From: an uncultured Verrucomicrobiae bacterium
GTDB lineage: Bacteria > Verrucomicrobiota > Verrucomicrobiia > Limisphaerales > JAFGQR01
Direction: 5' to 3'
Assembly (NCBI GenBank): GCA_963788655.1
Contig: CAWBHS010000065.1
Location: 20,810-84,809, forward strand
Length of the DNA stretch: 64,000 nucleotides
Shown here: positions 1-10,858 of the stretch, in pieces
How the letters are laid out: each line of letters begins with the position of its first letter
Numbering within the stretch: position 1 is the first letter of the stretch
The notes under the pieces: model-generated
The model's input: only the letters and a program-made list of their open reading frames with translations
Database searches by the model: none
Told to the model about the DNA's origin: nothing
Position numbers and translations under genes: made by a program

Positions 1-2668
1 CGGGAAGGATGAGCAGGACTGGAGCGACCTCGTTGTCCACGCCCCACCGCTTTACATCCAGGAAAAGGTCCATCCCAAGGTGCTGATTGACGATTTGCTG
101 CGCCAGACCAAGGAGACCAAGGCGCAAGAGCCCGGTTTCCAGACCGACCTCTTTGCCGACTTCAACGGCATGCCCAAAGGGCGTGGACAAGACGGAGTTC
201 TACCAGCACGACCAGAACTGGTCCAACCGCATGATCCTGGGCGACTCCCTCCAGGTCATGGCCAGCCTGGCCGAGCGCGAGGGCCTGCGCGGGCGCGTGC
301 AGTGCATCTACTTCGACCCGCCCTACGGCATCAAGTTCAACAGCAACTTCCAGTGGTCCACCACCAGCCGCGACGTGAAGGACGGCAACGCCGGCCACAT
401 CACCCGCGAGCCCGAGCAGGTCAAAGCCTTCCGCGACACCTGGCGCGACGGCATCCACAGCTACCTCACCTATCTGCGTGATCGGTTGACAGTGGCTCGT
501 GATCTTGTTGACCGATTCCGGCTCCATCTTCGTGCAGATCGGCGATGAAAATGTCCACCGCGTCCGGGCGGTGATGGATGAGGTGTTTGGGAAGACAATT
601 TCGTCTCCAAATCACTTCGACGATATGCGGATGGCCATCGGACGTTCAAAGCGTCACCAACATCATTGGTGGTATGCAAAGTCCAAGCGCATTTCAAATA
701 CCGCGGCTGTCAAGCGTCTAAGACGAGGTGATCAGGTTCGATTTACCTGCTTACGCGAAGAGACGTTCGCCTACCATCCGGAACAAACTGACGCGACGAT
801 CCGTCGATGCTTTCCGACTGCGTTCAAGAGGTCCGGTTGTCGGATACACCCCAGTTGCGCAATCCGAGATTTCACTCAAAATGGATTCGAGACAGTGCTG
901 GCAATCGTTGGAACAATCGTCGGAATCGAACGACTGAGAGGGCGAGCATTCACTGGAAAGTCAGCGTTCGACATCGCCTTCCTGTCGACTATCCGCATGC
1001 GAGCGATAACATTTGGGCAGACACCGTCATTCGTGCCGACAAATGTATATCGTCAGACGGACCATCGTCATCAACGCTGCCTCCTCATGTGACCATGACC
1101 CCGGCGACCTCGTGCTGGACCCGACCTGCGGTTCCGGCACCACCGCCACCGTCGCCGAGCAATGGGGCCGCCGCTGGATCACGATTGACACTTCGCGCGT
1201 GGCGCTGGCGCTGGCCCGTGCCCGCATCATGGGCGCGCGTTATCCCTTTTACCTGCTGGCCGATTCCCGCGAGGGCCAGATCAAGGAAGCCGAAGTCACC
1301 CGCACCGCGCCGAGTTCGCAGCCCGTGCAGGGGAACATCCGCCACGGCTTCGTCTATGAGCGCGTGCCGCACATCACCCTCAAGTCCATCGCCAACAACG
1401 CGGAGATCGATGTCATCTGGGACCAGTGGCAGGCGAAACTGGAGCCGTTGCGCGAGAAGCTGAACGCCGCGCTCAAGCAGACCTGGCAGGAGTGGGAGAT
1501 ACCGCGCGAGCTTCCCCCTGAATATTGTAGCAGCCGACGTGAGGAGGCTCATACTTCTTCCGGGAAAAGTCAGAGCCTCGTTACCTCGTCTGCTACCGAG
1601 ATTGAGAAGCTGCACGCCGACTGGTGGCAGGCCCGCATCGCCCGGCAGCAGGAGATCGACAAGTCCATCGCGGCCAAGGCCGAGTTTGAATACCTTTACG
1701 ACAAGCCCTACGACGACAAGAAGATCGTCCGCGTGGCCGGTCCCTTCACCGTGGAGAGCCTCAGCCCCCATCGCGTCCTGGGCGTGGATGAAGACGATGA
1801 ATTGATCGACTCGCTGAAAGAGGACAGCACCGAATACGGAGCCAAGCAATCCTTCCCCCAAATGATCCTGGAGAACCTCAAGACCGCCGGCGTGCAGCAG
1901 GCGCACAAGGAGGACCGCATTGTGTTCGATTCGTTGACGCTCTGGCCGGGCGAGGGAATGATCTGCGCGGTCGGCACGTTTGAAGCCAGTGATGAGTGGC
2001 TGGGGGCTGGTGCTTCGTCCCAAGCCACAAACCACAAATCACAAACCACTGCCCGCAAAGCGGGCATCTTCATTGGTCCAGAATTCGGCACGGTCACCCG
2101 TCCCGATCTTGTGGAGGCCGCCCGCGAGTGTGGCGACGCGGGGTTCGATGTATTGATCGCCTGCGCCTTCAACTACGAGGCGCACGCCACGGAGTTCAGC
2201 AAGCTGGGCCGCATCCCCGTGCTCAAGGCCCGCATGAACGCCGACCTGCACATGGCCGAAGACCTCAAAAACACCGGCAAAGGAAATCTCTTCGTCATCT
2301 TCGGTGAGCCGGACATCACGCTCATCAACGACAAGGACGGCAGGCTGCGCGTGAAAGTGAACGGCGTGGACGTGTTTAAACCCCAGACCGGCGAAGTGGT
2401 CAGCCACGGCGCCGACGGCATCGCCTGCTGGTTCATCGACACCGACTACAACGAAGAAAGTTTCTTCGTCCGCCACGCCTACTTCCTCGGCGCGAACGAC
2501 CCGTATTCCGCGCTGAAGACGACCCTGAAAGCGGAGATCAACGCAGAGGCATGGGCGACGTTGAACAGCGACACGTCACGGCCTTTCGGAAAGCCCAAGT
2601 CCGGCCGCATCGCCGTGAAGGTGATCAATCACTTGGGAGACGAGGTGATGAAAGTGTTTAAGGTGTGA
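1..2668 (+). CDS. Type III restriction-modification-like N6-adenine DNA methyltransferase (Mod), 5'-partial; frameshifts near 180 and 505, garbled between ~600 and 1090
   Basis: Catalytic motif IYFDPPY (ORF 87..548), [14 protein letters not shown] (ORF 499..), SAM-binding [11 protein letters not shown] (ORF 1013..2668), C-terminus [17 protein letters not shown]; beta-class motif order. Confidence 0.85.
1527..1596. repeat. GTAG-type REP-like inverted doublet, in-frame inside the methyltransferase
   Basis: Arms gtagcagccgacgtgaggaggctc (1527-1550) and gagcctcgttacctcgtctgctac (1573-1596), 20/24 complementary; same element at 7802-7887. Confidence 0.85.
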
Positions 2669-2718
2669 CTGGACTCGACTGGCGAACAATCTGCCTGTAG
2701 CTTACTGACGAACCGCAA

Positions 2719-3825
2719 ATGAAATCTGAGTTTATCCAACCCCGGTTTGAGGGTGCCCGCTTCGCGGAGCACACCCTGCCCTTGGACGTGGCCAAGGATT
2801 TAGCTGCCTACGAGACATTGCTGGTGGAGTTGGCAAAGCACCTCTACCTGAAAGACCACCCGGAACGGCAACGTGTCCTCAAGGGGTTTGCGGCGGACTT
2901 TCACCTGCATTTGGAACGGGTCGATGACGGCTGCGCCCGAACGATGCTGTCGCTGGTTACCGCCGGCACGCTGGCGCTGGGAGCGGGGGCAAACACCTAT
3001 TTTGAGCGTGCGCGCGATTTGATCACTGAGTGTGTTGGCGCCCCGGATGGGCAACTGCCGCCAGACTTTCCGCAAGAACTTCTGGCGTATTTCAATCAGA
3101 TTGGTCGCTCGCTCAATGCGGATGAACGCATGGAACTGCCGGTGGCAGGCGCGCGACCGGCAGTCCTGACGCCGGAGCGGCGCAAGCGGTTGGTGCTGGC
3201 CGCCAATGCCGTTTACGAGCAGCCCATCGAACTTGTCGGCACCGTCGTGGAGGCGAACTGGGAGAAATCATCGTTTCAGTTACGGCAAATGGCCGGCGAT
3301 CCGGCAGTGGTTGTGGTGCCGATGCCCGACGCGTTTCACGGACAGGCGCGGAATTTCGGAGGTCGCGACCGCCATCAGATTACGGTCAAGGGCGTGGGCG
3401 CATTTGATTCGTGGGATCGACTTCAGAAGATTGTTTCCGTCGAGTCGCTGGAGGTGCAACCGGATTACCACCTCGCTGGCAGGTTTGACGAATTGCGTAG
3501 TCTGGATGCTGGCTGGCATGACGGTCAGGGAGTTGCGCTGGACCGAAGCAAGCTGGACCAAGTGGCCGCGAAGATGGTCGGGCACTACCCCGAGAAATTG
3601 CCTTTGCCTGCCATTGTGCCAACGCCTGAAGGCAACCTCTTGTTCGAATGGAACACTCCCAGCGAACCGTCACTGGACCTGAATCTTGCGACGCTGGCGG
3701 GTGCATTTCATGCCTTTGACCCCGAGAAGGGCGATTTGGAGCACGAATTCAAGCTCTCGGAATCAGACGAGTGGCCGAAACTGTTCTCCTTTCTGACACA
3801 CAACCTCGGCCAAGTCTCCGTATGA
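2719..3825 (+). CDS. Hypothetical protein, 368 aa (defence-island type)
   Basis: Intact ORF 50 bp after mod; stop overlaps next ATG; C-terminal motif LRSLDAGWHDG...PAIVPTPEGNLLFEW. Confidence 0.8.
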   Translation: MKSEFIQPRFEGARFAEHTLPLDVAKDLAAYETLLVELAKHLYLKDHPERQRVLKGFAADFHLHLERVDDGCARTMLSLVTAGTLALGAGANTYFERARDLITECVGAPDGQLPPDFPQELLAYFNQIGRSLNADERMELPVAGARPAVLTPERRKRLVLAANAVYEQPIELVGTVVEANWEKSSFQLRQMAGDPAVVVVPMPDAFHGQARNFGGRDRHQITVKGVGAFDSWDRLQKIVSVESLEVQPDYHLAGRFDELRSLDAGWHDGQGVALDRSKLDQVAAKMVGHYPEKLPLPAIVPTPEGNLLFEWNTPSEPSLDLNLATLAGAFHAFDPEKGDLEHEFKLSESDEWPKLFSFLTHNLGQVSV

Positions 3826-4205
3826 ATGTTGATACGTTGCTCCTCCGCCAAGCACATCCGAATTTCGTGGACGGAGATCTGCCAACCAGTCAGGTCTTCA
3901 TGCCGAATTCTGAAGACCAAGGGCGGATGTCCGCATACGATGGTGATCAAATTAGTCCGAGCGACGCTCACGCTCACTACACCGGCACCTTGAAGAAGCA
4001 ATCCCACAGCGTCTGGGCGGTATCGAAAGGCGAGGCCGACAGCAATTCCGTTCCTGCTTCGCCTGACCCGCTTCCTGATTTCCCATCGCACTCAAAGATT
4101 GATTTTAGTCAGTTACCGGAGACTCGTTGGCGCAGAGTAGCCAAGAAGCTTAAGGCGCTGGCCATTGCTCGCGGATGCCAGTTCAAGGCAGACTCACTTG
4201 CGTAG
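3822..4205 (+). CDS. Hypothetical protein, 127 aa, possible ADP-ribosyltransferase-like fold
   Basis: ATG at 3822 in an ATGA overlap with the upstream stop; pattern LLLR...SQVF...MSAY...PSHSKI resembles small ART-fold proteins (inference). Confidence 0.7.
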   Translation: MNVDTLLLRQAHPNFVDGDLPTSQVFMPNSEDQGRMSAYDGDQISPSDAHAHYTGTLKKQSHSVWAVSKGEADSNSVPASPDPLPDFPSHSKIDFSQLPETRWRRVAKKLKALAIARGCQFKADSLA

Positions 4206-4215
4206 TCAGCCCGCC

Positions 4216-4299
4216 ATGGACTTCCGAATCGCCGATACCTTCACCGACAGCCTTGCTCGCCGGAACGGCGAGGAGCAAAAGGCCGTAAGAAGAAATTGA
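4216..4299 (+). pseudogene. Truncated N-terminus of an island-associated UvrD-like helicase
   Basis: Translates MDFRIADTFTDSLARRNGEEQKAVRRN*, recalled as the start of helicases found next to this Mod family; stops after 27 codons. Confidence 0.6.
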
Positions 4300-4643
4300 A
4301 TCCGTCGCTGCGTGGCTGGCTGAGCACGAGAAAGCCGGAGTGCTTCCCCATGAGTTTGGTGTCTTTGTTCGCTCAGCAGGTCAATTGGACCGCGCCAAAG
4401 CCGCGGTCCAAGAGTCAGGATTGCCCTTCAAGATTCTCGACGATCACGTCCAGACATCCAGCGGTCACGTGTCAACACTTCGGTTATCATGAGCGGAATC
4501 GACCTGAGGTTGGCTGGCGTGGTTAATCGGTCGGCAAGAACTCGGCGCTGCGGCTGCATACCGAGCCTGTGGATAATCTGAAGCCAGCCAAGTGGGCCGG
4601 CAACTTGCCCCGCCCGCTCGCCCCGACTAACATTGGAGGCACA

Positions 4644-7600
4644 ATGACGAAATCAGCGCCGATGCCAGTCATCCGTTTGCAGGGTGTGCGGCACAACAAT
4701 TTGAAGAATTTCGACCTCAACCTCCCGTTGGGGCGGCTGATCGTCATTACCGGGTTGAGCGGCTCGGGTAAAAGCTCCCTGGCCTTCGACACGCTCTACG
4801 CCGAAGGCCAACGGCGCTACATCGAGACGTTTTCCCCTTACGCCCGCCAGTTCTTTGACCGCATGGACAAGCCGCAGGTGGACCGCATCGAAGGCATTCC
4901 GCCGGCGATCGCCATCGAGCAGCGCAACACCGTGCGCACCACGCGCTCCACCGTGGGCACCATGACCGAGTTGTGCGACTACCTGAAGCTCCTGTGGCCG
5001 CACATGGCGCAACTGCACTGCCGCCAGTGCGGCCAGCCTGTCCGCAAGGAACCGCCGCAATCCGTTTGGGAGACTGTGACCGCCCGGCTGCAAACAGATT
5101 GCGAAGTGCCTCATTACCTTCGACGTGCCGTTGTCGGAAAAGCTGTCGCTGGCGGATTCGTTGGGGCTGGTTGCCAAGCAAGGCTACCAACGCCTGCTGG
5201 TCGAGGGCCAGGTGATCCGCGTGGACGATGTTCCCGCGCACTTCGCGTCCGACGCCACGCAACTGACGATTGTTCAGGACCGCTGCAAACTGGCTTCGGA
5301 TCAGCGGGCCCGCTTCATCGAAGCCTGCGAACAAGCCTATCATTTCGGCAAAGGCAAACTGGCGGTGCATGCTTTGACGTCGGCGGTGGGCAACGCGTCG
5401 CTTGCCATTGCCGAAAAGCTGCCATTTTCCAGTCGCCTTCATTGCGCCACCTGCGACCTGGATTATCACGATCCCTCGCCGGCGCTGTTTAGTTACAATC
5501 ATCCGGTCGGTGCGTGCCCGCACTGCAAAGGCTTTGGCCGCATCATCTCCATCGATTACCATCTCGCGGTCCCGGACCGTTCGTTGAGCTTGGCGCAAGG
5601 TGCGGTCAAGCCCTGGCGCCACGGCTTCAGCGCCGAATGCCAGGATGACCTGCGGAAGTTTTGTCGCCTTCGTAAAGTGCCGATGAACGTGCCGTTCGAA
5701 GACCTGCCATCCGCGCAGCAAACCTGGGTGATTGACGGCGATCCCGGTTACGGCACGGACGACGCGCACCAATGGCCGCGAGCCTGGTACGGCGTCAAAG
5801 GTTACTTCCGCTGGCTGGAGAGCAAATCCTACAAGATGCACGTGCGCGTGCTGCTGTCCCGCTACCGCGCCTACACGACCTGCCCGGAATGCCAGGGCAA
5901 ACGGTTCCAGCCGGAGACGCTGCTCTACCGCATCCCCGTGAACGCAAACGTGCCGCCGCCGGCGCCTGTTCGCCGCGGCAAGAATGGTAAATCGTCCGAC
6001 AACGGGCTGGTTTCCCATATCAAATCGGAGGATTTGACTCTGGCCGATCTCTACGCCCTGCCAATCGACGGGGCGCTCCGAGTGATCGAGCAACTTGTCA
6101 CCGAGCATTCGTTCGCGCCCAACGATCCGTTGACCCTCGTCCTCGAAGAAGTCCGCGCCCGCTTGCGCTATCTCGTCGAAGTTGGCCTGGGCTACCTGAC
6201 GCTTGATCGCACCACCCGCTCGCTGTCGGGTGGCGAAACCGAGCGCGTCAACCTGACCACCTGCCTCGGCACACGATTGGTCAACACACTCTTCGTATTG
6301 GACGAACCCAGCGTCGGCCTGCACCCGCGCGACACCGCCCGACTGGTCCACATTTTGGAACGGCTGCGCGACACCGGTAACTCGGTGGTCGTGGTCGAAC
6401 ACGAAGCGAACGTAATTCGCGCCGCCGACCAGATAGTCGATCTGGGTCCCGGCTCCGGCGAAGCCGGCGGACAAATCGTTTTTCAGGGGCCGATGGAAGC
6501 GATTCTGCACAGCGACCGCTCGCTGACTGGCCAATACTTGAGCGGGCAAAGGCAAATCGAAATTCCACCTCGCCGGTCGGTCAAAGTTGGACCAAAGCGA
6601 CTGAACGATCATTCCTCGCTAATCATCACTGGCGCCAATCGGCACAACCTCAAAAACCTGGCGGTCGAAATTCCGTTGCAGCGGTTTGTTTGCCTAACGG
6701 GGGTGAGTGGCTCGGGCAAGACCACGTTGGTCCGCGACGTATTGCTGCCGGCACTCGAATCCCAGTTGAAATGCGGCCTGGGCGAACGCAAAGCCTCGGA
6801 CCGCATGGACGACCATCACGAGCGCGAAGACCAGGAAACGACGCTTGCCCCCGGAACGGCGAGCGCGCAAGCCAAAGTGGTCGGCGGCGACCCACTCGCG
6901 CGCGTCGTGTTGGTGGACCAATCGCCGCTGGGCAAATCGCCGCGATCCAATCCGGCGGTCTATACGGGGGCCTTCGATCACATTCGCGAACTCTTCGCCC
7001 AAACTGAGATGGCCCGGCAACGCGGACTGAAGGCCAGCGCGTTCAGCTTCAATTCGGCCCAGGGCCAGTGCGAACGCTGCCGTGGCGTCGGCTTCGAAAA
7101 AGTCGAAATGCAGTTTCTTAGCGACGTGTTCATCCGTTGCCCCGCCTGCAACGGCCGGCGCTACCGGGAACACATTCTCGAAGTGAAGGTTGAGGGCCAT
7201 TGGACGTCTTCCCTCCGCGCTGTATCCATCGCTGATTTGCTGGAAGCCACCGTGGATGAAACCATCGCCTTTTTCTCCCCGATGAGCGACAGCCGACCGG
7301 CGCAGCGGGCGGTGGCGAACCTGAAACTGCTTCAGGAGGTCGGTCTGGGTTATCTCCGTCTGGGCCAGCCCATCAACACGCTCAGTGGGGGTGAAAGTCA
7401 GCGGCTCAAACTGGTCAGTCATCTGGCTGAGTCCGCTGTGGCGGCGGTGCCAGGCCCGCGCGCCAAATCGAAGTCCGGCAAGCCGGAACCGCCGCCGCCC
7501 CCCGCCCAGCGGCACACCCTCTTCTTGTTCGACGAGCCCACGACCGGCTTGCATTTCCACGACGTGGGGGTGCTGCTCAAAGTCTTCCAACGCCTCGTGG

Positions 7601-10600
7601 ATGCCGGTCATTCACTGTTGGTGATCGAGCACAATCTCGACGTGATCAAATGCGCCGATTGGATCATCGACCTGGGACCCGAAGCCGGCGAACGCGGCGG
7701 CCAGGTCGTTGCCAGCGGCACCCCGGAGGACATTGCCGCATGCGATGCCAGCCATACCGGCCAATTCCTGCGGACCGTCTTGCCAACACCGAAATCCCCT
7801 CGTGGCAGCCGACGTGAGGAGGCTCAAATTTCATCGAAAGACGATTCTGTTCTCGCCAAGAATGAGCCTCCTTACGTCGGCTGCTACGATTCTTCAGACA
7901 AGACCGTAAGTCCTACGGCTGGAGCTTTACGGGAAGCATCTACGTCCAGCGTCTCGCCGCGCGCTTTACCGACGGTCCATCGCAATTCGAGCATCACCAT
8001 CCTCGGCGCGCGCGAGCACAATCTGAAGGATCTCGCTCTCGACATTCCGCGCGACCAATTCGTGGTCGTGACCGGCGTCAGCGGTTCGGGCAAAAGCACG
8101 CTGGCGTTTGACCTGTTGTTCGCCGAAGGCCAACGCCGGTTTCTCGATTCGATGAACACCTACGCCCGACAGTTCGTCGAGCAAATGGCGCGGCCCGACG
8201 TGGACCTCATTGCCGGACTGCCGCCGACGGTCAGCATCGAGCAGCGCACCACCCGCGGCGGCGGCAAGAGCACCGTGGCCACGGTGACCGAGGTGTACCA
8301 TTTTCTGCGGCTGCTCTTTGCGCGGCTGGGGACGCAGCATTGTCCCGACTGCCAATTGCCGGTGGAGGCCCAGACCCGCGACCAACTCGCGCGCGGCCTG
8401 ATGGCCGAACTCAAACAACGCGGCGCGCTGCGCCTGCTGGCGCCCGTCGTCCGCAACCGCAAAGGCTTTCACTCCGACGTAGCCGACTGGGCCGCCAAAC
8501 ATGGCTACGCCGAAATCCGCGCGGATGGAAAATTCTACGACACCGGGAAACCCTTTCGCCTCGACCGCTTCCGCGAACACGACGTGGAGATTGCCGTGGG
8601 CCGCCTGGATTCCCGAGGCACGCGCTCCGGACGGCAACTCATCGAGGAAGCTCTCAAACTTGGCCAGGGCGCGCTCTTCGCCCTGGACCAGCGCGACAAG
8701 CTATCCATTCACTCGACCGAACGCGCCTGCCCTCGATGCAGCCGTTCGTTCGCGCCGCTGGATCCAAAGATGTTCAGCTACAATTCCGCGCAAGGTTGGT
8801 GTCCTCGTTGCCGCGGCTTCGGTGAAATCTTTTATATGCCGGAGGACGTGGATCGTGGAGAACGCGCCGATGCCATCGAGGAAACGTGGTTCCGATGGAT
8901 GGAGGACCAACGAGAGGTGTGCCCGGAGTGTCACGGCGCGCGCTTGAATCCCATTGCGCGAGCAGTCCGCTTGTCGCCGGCCGATTCCCGACTGAGCCTC
9001 TCCAAGTCGCGGGCCGGCGCAACGATTGACGACATTTCGCAACTGGCCGTCGAGCCGGCCTACGACGTTTTCCGCTGCCTCAAATTCAAAGGGCGCGCCG
9101 CGGCGATTGCGCGGGACATCCTGCCGGAAATTGCGGAACGGCTCAAATTCCTCACCGACGTCGGACTCGGTTACCTCCAATTAGGCCGCGGCGTGACCAC
9201 CCTCAGCGGCGGTGAAGCCCAACGCATCCGGCTGGCGGCGCAACTGGGCTCGAATCTTAGCGGCGTGCTCTATGTGCTGGACGAGCCAACGATTGGTCTG
9301 CACGCGCGGGACAACGAACAACTGCTCGGCGCGCTGGCGCAGCTCCGTTCGCGCGGCAATTCGCTGGTGGTCGTCGAGCACGACGAAGACACCATGCGCC
9401 ACGCGGACTACATCATCGATCTCGGTCCCGGGGCGGGCATCCATGGCGGGCAACTGGTGGCTGGCGGCACGTTGGACGAACTGCTGCGCCACGACGAGTC
9501 GGTCACCGGCCAATGCTTGCGGGCGCAGGAAACCAAGCAATATCCAACGCGCGGCCAACGGCGGCCGGTCAACGGCGGAAGATCATCTCGCGGGTCACGG
9601 CCTGCCAACAGCCGTGGCTCATCCGTAAATGGCACTACTCGCATTCGGAGCAGGCAACCAGCCACTCAGTGGTTGGTGTTCCGCAAAGCGGCGGTCCACA
9701 ATTTGAAGAACCTCACGGTCCAGTTTCCTTTGAACCGGCTGGTACTAATCACGGGCGTCAGCGGCTCCGGCAAAAGCACCCTGGTTCGCGAATGCCTGTT
9801 GCCCGCGCTGAATGAAGCGCTCAAACCGCGCCGGTCGCGTGCCGCGGCGACGAAGGGGACGCTCACTGGCTACGAAGCGCTTAAGGCGGTCTATGAGGTT
9901 GATCAATCGCCCATTGGCCGGACGCCGCGTTCGGTGCCGGCCACCTACGTGGGTTTCTTCGACGAGATTCGCCGCCTGTTTGCCCAGACGCCCGAGGCCC
10001 GTTTGCGCGGCTATGGGCCGGGACGATTTTCCTTCAACAGCAAACAAGGCCGTTGCCCCGAATGCGAAGGCGCGGGCATCATCAAACTGGAAATGAACTT
10101 CCTGCCGCCCGCGTTTGTGCGCTGCGAACGCTGCGGGGGCTCGCGCTTCAATCGCGAAACGCTCGACATCGAATACGCCGGCAAGACCATCGCGCAGGTG
10201 CTCGAAATGAGCGTCGAGGAAGCGCTCCGGTTCTTCTCCGGCATTCCCAAAATCCGGCGGGCGCTCGAAGCCCTGCACGACACCGGCCTCGACTATTTGA
10301 AGCTGGGCCAAACCAGCCCAACGCTGAGCGGCGGCGAAGCACAACGGGTGAAGCTGGTAACGCATTTGCTGACCGGCTTAAAGCCGCAGCTCGAATTGAC
10401 TGATCCCAACGACCCGAAGCAGAAACGCAATCTCTTCATCCTGGAAGAACCGACCATCGGCTTGCACATCGCGGACGTGCGCCGCTTGGTCGAAGTGCTG
10501 CAACGGTTGGTGGACGCCGGACATTCCGTGATCGTCATCGAGCACAATCTCGACCTCATTGCCGAGGCGGACTGGGTGATTGACCTGGGCCCGGAAGGCG

Positions 10601-10713
10601 GCGATGACGGTGGCCGAATTGTGATGGCCGGCACACCTGAAGAGATCGCCCGTCACCGGCCCTCGCACACGGGGCGGTTCTTGCGGAAGATGTTGAAACG
10701 GCGAAAACGTTGA
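4644..10713 (+). CDS. uvrA: Excinuclease ABC subunit A, tandem-duplicated (two UvrA units, ~2,020 aa); frameshift near 5110
   Basis: Four Walker A motifs ([32 protein letters not shown]), four LSGGE signatures, many CxxC zinc fingers; GGAGG at 4635-4639 before ATG 4644. Confidence 0.95.
7802..7887. repeat. GTAG-type REP-like inverted doublet, in-frame in the UvrA inter-unit linker
   Basis: Arms gtggcagccgacgtgaggaggctc (7802-7825) and gagcctccttacgtcggctgctac (7864-7887), 22/24 complementary. Confidence 0.85.
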
Positions 10714-10858
10714 AGGAGTTAAGTTTTCGTTTGCGCCCACCGTTTGCACCGGGTGAAGATGCTCGGCATCCGTGGTGCGCAATTCGCTTTGGGGCTTGGG
10801 AATTGGGACTTTTCCGGAGCTTGGTCATTAGTCCAGCGATGGGCAATCCCGGCTAAAC

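Noticed and set aside
4300..4643. LexA operator upstream of uvrA
   Set aside because: No convincing TGTTC-N4-GAACA or CTGT-N8-ACAG palindrome found by eye.
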